The notes under the pieces: generated by a model | The model's input: only the letters and a program-made list of their open reading frames with translations | Told to the model about the DNA's origin: nothing | The model's database searches: none | NCBI GenBank assembly: GCA_030704615.1 | Contig: CM060732.1 | Coordinates: 62,620,001 to 62,684,000, forward strand | Reading direction: 5' to 3' | Source: Takakia lepidozioides | Lineage: Eukaryota; Plantae; Bryophyta | Length of the DNA: 64,000 nt | Program-made: the position numbers and the translations under genes | Part shown: positions 12,270 through 24,509 of the stretch, in pieces | Numbering within the stretch: the first letter of the stretch is position 1 | Layout of the letters: each line of letters begins with the position of its first letter

Positions 12270-12620
12270 CTCCCAAAAATCCAGGGTGAAGCCCATGGGG
12301 TACAACACTGCCCCACCAACAAGGACATTGTACGAGACCGCGTCTGTCACAATGGCCTTGGCTCTCACCACTGAGCCATCTGTAGGATGATCGGGCTATA
12401 GTCTGACAGCCAACTTACGCCATGTCATGCCCCGAGCCTACTCTGATCCTCCCACAGATGTCTGTATCTAGAAAAGGCACGGCTCCATATCCGCCATCAT
12501 GAGGCCCAAGCTTGCAATAGCATCTCTGCCCAATATCAATGGCTAAGCTCCCGAGTCCAACAAAACTCGCAGTGGCTGGTACCTCTTGCCTACCGGTCCA
12601 CTCAAACAGAAAATGTCATC
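12270..12620 (-). pseudogene. Retropepsin aspartic protease
   Basis: RVLLDSGA*PL (D-S-G active site, ~12550-12570) and downstream YNVLVGGAVL (DILLG-type motif). Confidence 0.8.
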
Positions 12621-13189
12621 CTGGTTGTCTAATATGACAACTCCAGGTGTTACCATGGCAAACTCAATGGCTGGCCTAGCTGGCAGCTCCATCAACCTGG
12701 CAGCTACAGCTTGTCATGGCGCCGCCGTGGCAGTCTTGACCCTCATATCCGAGGATCCCTCCGGCACTACACCTCCCACTATCTCCGCAGAAGATGAAGT
12801 AATCTCCTCACTCTCACAGCTGCCAGTCTGAACACCTCAGCTGGTCTTACCCCCGGCATCACAATCATGGTAGCCGAGAACAGTGGAACGTGACACACAG
12901 ATGTGGCCGCCCCTAGCAGCACACTAGCTGCCGTAGCCTTTACAACACTAGGTAGTGGTGCTGCCCGTGTAGCTTTCCCCAATGGCATAGTATCCTCCGC
13001 CTCGGTAACAGTCGGGCGAGAACTAGGGGACTTGGATGGCGTTGACACTGTCTCCGCCAATGTGAATGACTGAGGAAGCCTGGCCTGACGGCTTGCCTCC
13101 CCACGCTGTAGATCCAACTCCACCTCCGCACCCCGTGGCTCAGGAACTCGTGCTGCTCCTCGAGTCACTGCCGCAGCTGACTCCACTTG

Positions 13190-13370
13190 CACTAGTGGTA
13201 GTCCTGCCCCACACATAGTGGTAGTGGTAGTGCTGCCCAGCACTAGTGGTAGTGGTGCCCCACCCACAGTGGTAGTGGTAGTGGCACCCTTCACTAGTGG
13301 TAGTGCTGCCCCACCCATAATGGTAGTGGTAGTGGCACCCCTCACTAGTGGTAATGTTGCCCCGCACATG
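13190..13370. repeat. 54-bp tandem repeat (~3.5 copies) in the gag-protease linker
   Basis: Minus-strand translation repeats G(A)xLPLV(R/K/L)GATTTT(T/I)(M/V)G. Confidence 0.85.
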
Positions 13371-13567
13371 AATCCCATGCCTCCCATGTCTCCTCCCTCA
13401 GGGGCAGAAGGTGGACCATCTGGCCTTGGAGCCGAAACTACCTGAGCTATGGCCATGGCAGTGAGCCTCTACTCTAGCTGTTGAAGCCGGTTGGCCATGT
13501 CTTGGTCAACACCCTGACCTATGCGTCCTTAGCCATGTTGAGCTTGCCCTTGGCCTGCACCTCGTGC

Positions 13568-14029
13568 CTAGCCACCTCGTCCTCTCTGGGCTGCTCCACC
13601 TCGCCCCCGGCCGCCATTGTTCCCTTGGAACTGGCCTGGGCGCAACTCAAGATGCAAACCATAGCACTGGGCCTCTCCATGCCCGTACTTGCCATAATGC
13701 CTACACTGCAACTGTGCAAGCTGTGCCGGTGCCAAACCATTGCCTCCCTCTGGGCAATCCTTCTTGACATGGGGTCCTCCACATGTCCAACACACCACAT
13801 CCGTTCGTTGTTGGCCTGCAAATGAAGAAAGAGATCCATGCATCTGAGGTCCTCTATGTCCTTCCCTGGGCTTCACCTGAGCCCCATTGTTGCCTTGAGC
13901 ACGTTGAGGTAGTGACTGACTAGGAGCACCACTACCCCGTGGTGCCTCCTTAGCAAATCCCACCATGACCACTCGTTCCTCCACCATGTTGAGCTCTATC
14001 CACTCTGCCAGCAAAAACATATTTGCTAA
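13568..14029 (-). pseudogene. Gag C-terminus with two CCHC-like zinc knuckles
   Basis: CWTCGGPHVKKDC and CRHYGKYGHGEAQC, followed by an RGG-rich tail. The N-terminal part is absent beyond the CACTA insertion. Confidence 0.8.
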
Positions 14030-14554
14030 CACTACAAGAGATGAGCGTTTTTAGAACTACGGCTTTTGCGGAGTCATAAAAACGGCACTAGGTACACGAC
14101 TACAGAACGCTGAAATGCGTTACAGTCATAGTTTTATCACTCTGTAGTAATGGATATCACTACATGACTTCGGAAAGGTAGGGAGCATTGGTCAAACATT
14201 GTTGACCACGATGACAGGGATGGTTTATATGATTCGCGTCATATGGAGGACTACACGTGGATGAATTTTCCTAGAATCGTATGACTTCATGACTGAATAT
14301 GGTTTCACAGCTCTAATTATACGACTGCATCACTACACGTATCATTTTGAAGGCACATACACGAATGTATTCATCCATTGGGTAAGTTCATTAATCCATG
14401 ATCAAAGTACAAATGTTAAAAAAATTCAAAAAGTTGCTTATAGGGTTGCTCATTAGGGTAGCCGTGAACAGAGGGCTGGGACTTGGCCTCCTTTTGGGTT
14501 TTTTTTTGGTCTCCCGCCACACCATATGTTTTCTTAGTATCCACGAGCCTAGAG

Positions 14555-15050
14555 CATGGAACGCGATAATCGCAGGGGTGTGGGATGGAGGCTTTGTAGA
14601 CCTATTCTTGAGCAAATGATGCAGGAAGGAGCATAGGCACACCGAAGATATGCACAACGTGAGGTGGTATAGAGGCTTTGGAGACGTATGAGCATGCGGG
14701 AAGGGGTGAAGCCGGACCGGGTCACGTTCGTTTGTGTTTGCAATGCTTGTGCGAGCCTGGCAGCCTAGGAAATGGTAAAAGGTCCATGGTGCCATTGTCA
14801 AATTTGGAATTGTACCCGATGTCATTCTGAACAATACCCTCGTGGACAATGTGGCAGTATTGAGGATACAAAGGGAGTTTTTGAGAATATGGCTGAACAA
14901 AATGTCGTGTCCTAGAGTGCGATGATCGCGGGATATGCACAGCAGGGATGCGGGATGGAGGCATTGGAGACCTATGAGCAAATGATGCGGGAAGGGGTAA
15001 AGGCAGACTTGGTCACGTTCATCTGTAGATGCAATGCGTGTGCGAGCCTG
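14555..15050 (+). pseudogene. Captured PLS-class PPR gene fragments
   Basis: WNAIIAG, EGVKPDRVTFVCVCNACASL, PDVILNNTLVD, MIAGYAQQGCGMEALETYEQMMREGVKADLVTFI. Frameshifted. Confidence 0.85.
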
Positions 15051-16879
15051 ATTCTTCTTCGACCTGTTTCGGCCTGTTTTTCCCTCTCATCAGACTTGGC
15101 CCTGGATTGCTCGGCGGAGCAGAGCTGGCATGAGTTTTTTACAGGACATTACGTTATTTCTTGAGTAGAGTTTGGAGTTCATTGTTCCTCATTGTGTAGA
15201 GCCCAATGGAGCCCAAAACAACTTGCATGAATGTTGTTGAAAGCTCACTAGCACCCCTCAGTAAAAGACCATGTCAACATGTTGATGCTGTCGGATTTTC
15301 GATCACAAACCTCTACCTTGGAGCACGGAGCAGAGCTGGCATGACTTTCTTAAAGATCCTTCACGATGTTGGGAGAACTGCAATAGCAAGGTTTGCCTTT
15401 TTCTCAATGTACGATGTGAAGAAGTTTGTCCATCCTGCAAATGTGGGCTCTTGGCTCCTGTTAGTACCACGATTTGGTATTCATTCTGATGTTTATAAGG
15501 TTCTTGGGAGAGTCAGCTTGGTCTTAACAGACCACGTTTCAATCTCTGCCCGCTCAGCTCCTGGGGGGTGCACTCTAGCCAATATGTACCAGCCACGTGC
15601 GTGCACAGGAGGGGGTATTTTAAACCCCTCCATGTACAACATTATACATATAGAGGGGGGTTTAAAACACCTTAAATATAAGGTTACAAGAGGGGATAGT
15701 TGAATTTCAAGGGTAGTCTAGTGGTGGACGTAGATTGTGTCGCGATGTACTACGGGATCAAATCGCGATGCATCATTCTTTTGCTTTTCTTTTTTCCTTT
15801 CCTCCCCACGATCCGTCTCCCACGGGTTCCTTTTCCCTCCTCTCCTCTCCCCTCCTCTCCTGCGCCCTTCCTCGTCAGCTTGGTCTTAGCAGGCCATGTT
15901 TCAATCTCTGCCTGCTCAATCTCGCCCTGCGCAGGTAGATGGTCAACTGGAAATATCAGCGGCAGCAGCAGCGCATTGATAGAACAAGGCACTGCTAATG
16001 AAGGTACCTTCTTCAATGCATTCAGTCTGTCTTTCCCTGTTAGCAGAGTCGTCCCTAATTTTTCATGCTGAATTCTGTACGTTAGCTCGTTGGTGGATCT
16101 ATGGTGGTTTTAATGGAGTGATTTTGTGCTCCCAGCACCTTCTTTCAACCTATTTCAGTATGTTTTGCCCTCTCATCATTAGGGTGTAGGGTGTTTGCTG
16201 GAATAACTTCATGCCATCAGTGTCAGCTGCTAGCAGCAAGGCTAAGGATGTATTCATGATTTGTACACAGGCAGGGATAGCTGAGGACCAGGGACAGAGG
16301 TGCAGATTCATCCAAGAGGGCCCGATTTCAATAGCTATAAGCAAATCCACGCGGGTAGATGGTCAACTGGAAACGGCAGCGGCAGCAATGCAATAATAGA
16401 ACAAGGTGTTGCTAATGAAGGTACCTTCTTCAACACATTTCAGCCTGTTTTTCCTTGTTATCAAAGTTTTTCCCCGTTTTTGCCTGTCTTTGCCTTCTTC
16501 TTGTTTCTGCCTGAAGGAGCAAGGATAGATTGTGGATCCAGCTTCACCCAAGAGGGCTGGACTTCAAGCTCCAGATTATCTTGATTCCATGTGGGTCAGT
16601 AGCTATAAGAAACCTGCATGGGTAGATGGTCAACTAAAGGCAGCAGTTGCAGCAGCACAGTTAATAAAATCAGGCACCTCAACCATGACCACAACTTCTG
16701 AAAGAGGATCAAGAGGGGAGTCCACAATGTAAACCCTAAACCCTTTTTAGGAGGAGTCAAATATTTTTTTTTTTTGCCTTTTATGGATACTGAATACCTC
16801 TTCTGGCATGAAGATACTTTGTGCCGCAGACAGCCTGACAGAGGCAGACTCTAAACCAAGGAGGCATTTCATCAGATTC

Positions 16880-17085
16880 AGATATGTATGTCTGTCTCTT
16901 GCTTAAGTGCATCAAGATGGAAGGTCTGGAAGCTGGAAAGCAGGTGCACAGTCACATTATCCAAAGTGGATTCTCGCCAAATGTTTTTCTACTCAACACC
17001 CTTGTCAACATGTATGTTAAGTGCCGGAGCGTCAGGGATGCTCACCAAGTGTTCAACAGAATGCCTCAATGATCTTTGATCACGT
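16880..17085 (+). pseudogene. Captured PLS-class PPR fragment
   Basis: LLKCIKMEGLEAGKQVHSHIIQSGFSPNVFLLNTLVNMYVKCRSVRDAHQVFNRMPQ*SLITW. Confidence 0.88.
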
Positions 17086-17326
17086 GGTGTCCATCCGGCG
17101 TCTCTCCATATAGGCATTGCTCTGCAGACATATAGTCATATGATCCCCTCACGAATGCGTGACGTGTCGCTTGCGCAGTGGTGCACGTGTTCCACTGAAG
17201 CCTCTCCATGTAGGCAACCATCAGGAGACAATGTAGTCATATAGTTAGTCATATGTAAGTCATAGAGTTGTGACTGCATCACTCTCCTTTGCATGGGCCA
17301 CTAACCTTGTCCCAAGCTACAGTAGC

Positions 17327-17959
17327 TCACTCTAACCAACCCTCCTCCTCTTTCTGCCAGGTAGAGACAAAACAATACTTCTCTATCTCCCGCTTACTGA
17401 ATACTAAAGAAAATAAAGGTAGGGTCTGACAGTCTCTCAACTCGAAAGCTTTGAGACGGTTGCGAGTGTCCTCATTGCGAATGACTGCATCTCCTTCAAG
17501 CAGAACAAACTTGTCATTGCTAATGAACCCCTGCTCGTGGTTGCCTTGTGCAGAGCGTGTCCGGCTGCAATCATGTCTGATTGCAAAAACTTGTGTAGCT
17601 CCTGCTCCTTTGCTCCAGTACACCACGGCCTTGTGGCTGAACACCTTGGTCCCCGGGGCTGTCTTTGGCTGTGTTCCAAGCCTAGCTTCCACCCACTTTG
17701 GTATTTCACCTACAGCTGCAGAACTGCTTGCTCCAACAAAGTTCTGACTGTCCAAAGCAATATTGAGGCCCTCAACGCCAACTACATCAGTTTGTTGTCT
17801 ATTGCTAATGCTTGACTCCCAGTATGCAATCAACTCGTCCAACTGCTCTCCACTCAAATCAGTCTGAGCCCCTTGAGAAACATAAATCTTGTCCCCTTGT
17901 GTGCACAAGCTAAGAGAAGAGACCTGCCCTTCAATTACGTCCTCATTTTCCCCAGCCAT
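17327..17959 (-). CDS. Uninterrupted 210-aa ORF of unknown function, probably TE-associated
   Basis: ATG-to-TGA open frame with no motif I recognise. It lies between the truncated CACTA end and LTR-like sequence. Confidence 0.3.
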   Translation of the reverse strand: MAGENEDVIEGQVSSLSLCTQGDKIYVSQGAQTDLSGEQLDELIAYWESSISNRQQTDVVGVEGLNIALDSQNFVGASSSAAVGEIPKWVEARLGTQPKTAPGTKVFSHKAVVYWSKGAGATQVFAIRHDCSRTRSAQGNHEQGFISNDKFVLLEGDAVIRNEDTRNRLKAFELRDCQTLPLFSLVFSKREIEKYCFVSTWQKEEEGWLE

Positions 17960-18271
17960 ACAAGGAGGACATCCACAGATTTGTCTCTCATGTAGACCAC
18001 AACAGGTTCTAGAAACAGAATTGTGGATCTTTCATAGCACACTCACACTCAAAAAATTCCATAGATTTTTAGCAGAGTCCAAAAAACTAAAATATGTAGA
18101 TATGTAGATTTCCCCTTTCTACAGCTATCCCCTCAAAAACTGTGTCAAACGGAGCTCATATGACAAAGATATGGCCAAAGAGGCTCTGTAAATATAATAT
18201 ATGACCTTAAATAGAAACAAATACAAGGAAAAACTATTTTCAATTGGTTTCATTTGGTTCCCTGTTCCCAC

Positions 18272-18272
<1 letters not shown>

Positions 18273-18311
<39 letters not shown>
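18273..18311. repeat. Pure T39 homopolymer
   Basis: 39 consecutive T, flanked by the short inverted repeat TCCCTGTT / AACAGGGA. Confidence 0.95.
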
Positions 18312-19942
18312 CTTCCAAACAGGGAGCAGACCAGGCCTATGAGCTTGCTACGATCCAGCCCGCTTCTTACTCCAGTTCTTTGGATGGCTTATGGACAGGC
18401 GGCCTGCAATCGAAAGCTTTGTGGATGGTTGTTGGACTTGCACAACACATCTACCATATCGGAACCACAGCTTCACTTCACCACATTCACCACAACAGGA
18501 GCAGAGCAGGGCATACAAGAGCTTGGCCGTTGATTGCGACACCTTGGAGTATGTTGGTCAGACAGCACGTCATGTCGTCGTCTCCTGTTGCAGGGCAGTG
18601 GCCTTCTTCTCTCAGATGGCTGATTCAAGGTACGCCCGACTCTAAAGGTATATGGCACGGATCTCAGGCCTGACGCTCCAAAGGGAGTGCATCTCTTGAT
18701 TAAGAACTCCAAGACATGGGTAGCCTGGGATTCCGCGGGCTTCTCCCATTTCTCTCACTTTTGGGAAATGGCTCCTTCTGCTCTCCTGAATTCATGCCAG
18801 CCCTTTCAAGTAGAAGAGTGGCTGCTCTGAGCACTATCTCTGGTAGCATACCCGATTCCTGGGTTTCTCTTTGCTCTCATCCGTTCCCAGTTTGGCTTGG
18901 AGGTTCGTTGGGGCAATCACCTTTCGCTTTTTATGCCGGATGATGTTTGAGGCTCATGTGAGGCACCACAACAGGCAGCAGTGCTGGACCTTGCCTTGAT
19001 GTGTTTGACCCTCTTGCGCAAACCTCGGTACTCAACAACAGAATTACAACAAGCTGAAGCCCTCCGTATTGGCCAGGATATACACTCCCCAATTGAGGAG
19101 GTCTGAGTTGTACTTGCCAGAGATCCACTTAAGACCCGAGGGGATTTCCAAGCACACGAAGTAAAAGTGCACTCCCTCTTCACTATGAGTGGTTGTATAA
19201 ACTTCCGAACACCAATACCCTCCAAGTGCCCCGGGAAGAGAGAGGGGCATGTCATGGTCTAGGCTGAGGGTCGACGGACACAAGGTCATACACTTGACGC
19301 ACACACTTAACCATCCCGCACTACGATTGCACCGCCCCACCTGCTGCCACGCTACACCTGTTCAAGGCCCATGCTTCCCAATTCTGCTTTACGTGGGTGC
19401 CCTTCCCCTTCAGCTCCAATCTGGAGCTTGCTGCAGCCTGCAACCTGCTCCTTTCGTGACACCTATCTGCAATTGATGACTGCTACTGGGTCAGTTTCAA
19501 CTCATCAAATACAACAGGGCTTGCATATTCCAGACATTCGAATGAGCTGCTACGTTCCCATTGAGTGCCTGGTATAAATGCAAGGTAGGCTAAACCAACA
19601 TAGAAAGCATGTCTGCTCCGAATCCCTCAATGTCCTCAAAGTTATGCTAAAACCATTCCAGCTCCAGTGTAACCTGCACAACGCCCTGACTTCGTGTTCC
19701 TATGCGTTGCTGCTGCGGCTGACGAGTTGGCAGATCACTTGAACAAAAATGCCAGAGCCTGAACACAGATAATCACTTCTCTGTCTCCAACCACTTGTCA
19801 CAAACATAATCTACAAACCACCATAATTTTCTTCTCTCACTTTTAAAACAAAAACCACAGTGCTAAAACTAAACTCACCTCTAGCACTCACAGATGCAAG
19901 CTGATATCTCTCGAGTGATTGTAAGAACTAAACTCACATGTA

Positions 19943-20246
19943 TGATAATAGAGAAACACAAAACACAACACAATCACTCGTTAAACTAAGAGTCGAGCCA
20001 GGGGCACCCCAAGCTATGGGGTATCCACCCCACAACATCCTATTCTCCCTTCATAAGCACACTCCGATTCTAAGTGGTGAAGGAGCTCGGTCGTGCAGGC
20101 TCAACTCGAGAGAGATGAGCCACACGACTGAGCTTGTGAAGATAAGATGGTTCAGGTGTCAAGCTAAACTTGACACCTGACTTAACACTTGAACTAATTC
20201 CAAGTTTTAAATACAAATAACTAGATTTATTCTAGTTAGTTTCACA
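19943..20246 (-). repeat. LTR-like segment
   Basis: TGATAAT...TTTCACA boundaries. Same TGATAAT start and similar composition as 38126-38492. No clean TSD. Confidence 0.4.
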
Positions 20247-20269
20247 CTGTGTTTATTTAACTTGACAGA

Positions 20270-21852
20270 GGCAAAAAAAAAGATATAAATTATTATTTAT
20301 AATCGCCCTTAGGACTCCTTAAGGCCGCCCTAAAGAGTCATAAGAGGGAAAAATAGAAAGATATAAATTATTATTTATAATCGCCCTTAGGACTCCTTAG
20401 AACGGTCATATGGAGTCATAACAGGGGGAAAATAGAAATACATAAATTATTATTTATAATCGTCCTTAGGAGTCATAAGAGGAGGAAAATAAAAATATAT
20501 AAATTATTACTTATAATCGCGACTCCCTCTTAGGACTCCTTAGGGCGGCCCTCATGACTCCAAAGATGAAGAAAATGGAAAGATGTAGATTATTATTCGC
20601 CCTTAGGACGGTCCTAAAGAGTCCTAAGAAGGCGAAAATGTAAAAATATATATTTTTTGAATTTATAATCACCATTAGGAATCGACATTAGGACTCATTA
20701 TAAGGGTGGCCCTCATGAGTTCTAAGAGAGGGAAAATGGAAAGATGTAAATTGCTATTTATAATAGTCATTAAGATTCATTATGACGGCCTAAGGAGTCC
20801 TAAGATGGAGACAAAATTGAAAGATGTAATTTGCTATATATAGTCGCCTTTATGACTCATTAGGGCGGCCTTAAGGAAAATAGAGGGGGAAAATAGAAAG
20901 ATGTAGATAATTATTCCTCCTTAGGACTCCTTAAGGGGGCCTAAAGAGTCATAAGAGAGGGAAATTGGAAAGATATAAATTGATATTTATAATCACCCTT
21001 AGGACTTTTTGGGGCAACCTTAAGGAGTCCTAAGAGAGGGAAAATGGAAAGATGTAAATTGCTATTTATAGTCGCTAGGGCGGCCTAATGAACGTAAGAG
21101 GGGAAAAATTGAAAGATGTAATTTGCTACATATAGTCGCCCCTATGACTCATTAGGGCGGCCCTAAACAGTCCTAAGAGGGGAAAAATGGACAGATGTAC
21201 ATTATTATTTGCCCTTATGGCTCCTTAGGGCGGCCGTAAAGAGTCCTAAGAGAGAAAAAATGAAAAGATGTAAATTGTTATTTATAATTGTTCTTATGAC
21301 TCCTTAGGCGGCCCAAGACATCCTCAGAGGGAGAAAATAGAAGGATGGAAATTATTATTCGTCCTTACGACTCTTTAGGGTAGCCTAAAGAGTCATAAGA
21401 GGGAAAAAATTGGAAAGATGTAAATTGCTATTTATGACTCCTTAGAGCGGCTCTAAAGAAAAAAATAGAAATATGTACATTGCTATTTATAATCGCCATT
21501 AGGACTCCTTAGGGCCACCCTAAGTAGTCATAAGAAGGATAATGGAAAAATATAAATTAATATTTATAATCACAATCAGAAAAATCGCCATTACGACTCA
21601 TTAGGTCGGCCCTAAGGAGTCCCAAGAGGGGGAAAATTGAAAGATGGAAATTCTATTTATAATCGTCCTTATGACTCCTTAGGGCGGCCCTAAGGAGTCC
21701 GAAGAGAAGAAAATAGAAAGATGAAAATTACTATTTTTAATCGCCCTAAGGTGTCCGAAGAAGGGGAAAATGGAAAGATAAAAATTATTATTTATAATCG
21801 TCTTTAGGACTTTAGGGCAGGAGTCATAACAGGGGGGAAAATAAAAAGATGT
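20270..21852. repeat. Tandem satellite, ~75-80 bp unit, ~20 diverged copies, each with a palindromic core
   Basis: Consensus AAAGATGTAAATTGCTATTTATAATCGCC-CTTAGGACTCCTTAGGG-CGG-CCCTAAGGAGTCCTAAG-AGGGGAAAATGG (17-bp inverted arms, 3-nt loop). Confidence 0.92.
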
Positions 21853-24509
21853 AGCAATCGGGATACAAGATTTGTAATTTTTTGAGGACTAGAAAATATC
21901 ATGTATTTCAAAGGAACATTCGGCGTTCAGCTACGTCATAGGATGAATGAAGTGCATGAAAATTCCGCAACCTACAAGCAACATTTTTTCAAGAGTGGGA
22001 TTTTTATAATTATTTCAACTGGGAATAGAGCGTTGACAAACTTGGTAAGTGCTTTTGTTTATAGTAAAATATTATATTAAGAAAATCCAATAAATCTGAT
22101 TCATCTTCATATTATTTTGTCGAGCATATGTGTATGTGCACGCACATGCGCAAATATATAATATGTAATAAATTAGTGGTCAAAACGTGTTCCAACATGA
22201 ATATCATGAATCAATGTATAAATGAATTAGCCTATAATAGATTTGTGGTCCGGTTGAAATATCTAAATTTGGTGGAAATGACATACATCGGTTTGATAGT
22301 GCAGTTTAAGAGGTAAGACAACAATTGCTAAATCAACCTAGTCTAGAATTAGCAAATCATGCTATGATATGTGTTGAACAAATGGTACACTTTACATGCA
22401 ACTAAGATCAAGTGTGGATTGTTCATTGCCTGAGCCATTAATATGGATTGATGATGACATGTCATTTACAACAAGATGATTGAGGTCTTTCATCGAGAAA
22501 CCTATTTCACGGCAAGGCTCAGCCGGCCACAAGCTATAAGACGGCCCAAATGAACATTTCACGATATTTTGGACCGACATGTTTTCAATGATCAACAAAA
22601 TCTGACCGCAATATTAAGGCTACTCTTTCGTCGAGTACTTTGAGAGGGGAATCAAGCCTAATTCCAGTAGATCGTCATACTGAAAGTGACGTTCCAGGTT
22701 ATGATGTATTAGCCCCTACCTACCACAATTTCATGGATGTGAAAGATGTTGAGCTCTCAATTATTCAAATTAAAAAAAAATCATGATAGAGATTGCATAA
22801 CTCTCAAAGACTATTTGATTTGTCCAAGATGTAATACAAGATATATACTATATATTAGCAATAATATATGTATGAGACATCCAGTGTACCTATTCAAACA
22901 ATCTTAAATTAGTTCCAAAATCTGAAAACAAATAAAGTCTTAACTTACATAGATTATTTTATTTGTCCAAGAAATAATATAAAATATATATACTAACAAG
23001 AGTCATCCACTTGTACTTCTTTAAATAATTTTATTATATTCTAAAGTTTGAAAAGTGATAGAACTTATCTGATCATAAAAGTATAAATATATTATCATTA
23101 ACATGTAGTGTTGTTGCTTCTAAGTTCAATGAAACATATCATAGTTTAGATTACACAAATGCTATGTCACATGACATTTCCAAATATAGGATTGCAAAAC
23201 CACTCTATGCTGTGAAGCCTTAGAGCATAATCTAGTTCGGTTATCTGTCTAAAAAATCTGAACTATTTTGTATTTTGTTTCTTTTATTTAGAGAGAGAGA
23301 GAGTGAGAGAGAAGACTCCGGCCAAAGCCAGTGTAACTAAGAGTCACTTCGCCTTACGGCTACTGCCCCCTTTCAGGGGTGGGCCCTATCACCTTTTATT
23401 TATCTCTAATAGCTTTGAGATCAGATTTGGATCATTGACTAATTAATGCAGTATTCTAACAACGAACATGTTGCCCAGTCGTAATGCATATGCCCCCTCA
23501 CAAGTGGTTGTGGATTCTAACACACATGTTGGTAGTTATAAAGATGTCCACCTTTCTATTGAAAGACAATAGTCATTTGGGGTCAAGTGACACCATAAGT
23601 TACGTTTGATTCGACAACACGTTCACATTCTTCAATGCTTGTAGCATAGTGGTTAAATTAGTGCTTTAGTGGTATTATTTTGTTTTGGGATTTATCCCAT
23701 ATCGTTTGCGTCTAAGTCGCTATTTCTCTAGTATATATAAAAAATGCTAGTAAGTTACCATCAGTTCATGCATAGGTTTGTATATCAGCATTTGAACTTT
23801 GTGGTTCAAATCTGAAAGGGCAAAAGTGAGCTGTTGAGGTGTTTAGATGCAGATCTGTAGAAGGGTTGGGAACTGACTGACAAACTGGGTTGTCCCTGGA
23901 GGCAAACAGTGTGAAGGGTCTGTTTTGGGTGAGAGAAAGACTGATGGAAGAGCTGATCATGTCTTGTGTGACCAAGGTTTGATTTCAAGGCTGGATTCAC
24001 TGGATACATGGCTGAATGTGTTTGCATTGCATGTAGATAGGCTGCTGGTTGGAAGAAAAAAATTTACAGCAGGAAGGAGAGAGAAAAGGTTTGGGAAGGG
24101 AGAGAGCTCTCAGTAAAAGGGGTAATGAGGGATGGTCAACTGGGAGATAGAGGAAAAACCATGACATCTGCAGAGAATCACTAGGCCTGTAATTCATGGC
24201 AGATCTAAGTTGTCTTCATCTTATCAGTGATCTCATTACAAAAGGGGTTTTGACGTGTGTTGCTCAAGGGTGATGCCCACATGGGTCGCATTTACTTCCG
24301 TCATAGGGCTGGTTGTATCACTGAAAATATCACAGCAGCACCATTGGTGCTGCAATTGTATAAAGATTGTGTAAATCATGAACAAGAAGGATTCAATCCC
24401 CATCCATGTTTTCTCTTCCGCTGCGGCGTGGATGAGGATTTATGAACTTTGATCATGAACGATATGAGGGAAACCCATAACCGTGTGCCGCTGGTAGATT
24501 ACTAGGTTG

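Larger units (their letters stand above)
6903..14029 (-). mobile_element. Ty3/Gypsy LTR retrotransposon (5'-truncated, decayed): gag-PR-DNMT-RT-RNaseH-IN-PHD-3'LTR
   Basis: Gypsy domain order on the minus strand, PPT (GGGGGGCGAT) at 7087-7096 and a 3' LTR. Many stops and frameshifts. Cut at 14030 by a CACTA end. Confidence 0.93.
14030..17286 (-). mobile_element. Non-autonomous Pack-CACTA derivative of the 52917-63864 element (inverted, one end truncated)
   Basis: Starts with CACTACAAGAGATGAGCGTTTTTAG. 14030-~14620 is a close reverse-complement match to ~63330-63864; 16510-16640 matches 62580-62715; ~17085-17286 matches ~53095-53285. The final ~180 bp with the second TIR was not found. Confidence 0.88.

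Noticed and set aside
14555-17085. Functional PPR RNA-editing gene
   Set aside because: Only scattered frameshifted motifs inside CACTA ends, with no E/DYW domain or continuous frame.
18273-18311. Poly(A) tail of a LINE or processed pseudogene
   Set aside because: No TSD, LINE RT or recognisable spliced gene was found adjacent. Kept only as a homopolymer.
20270-21852. CRISPR-like array (palindromic repeats at regular spacing)
   Set aside because: The spacers are homologous to each other, the repeats are degenerate, there are no cas genes and the context is eukaryotic. It is a satellite.
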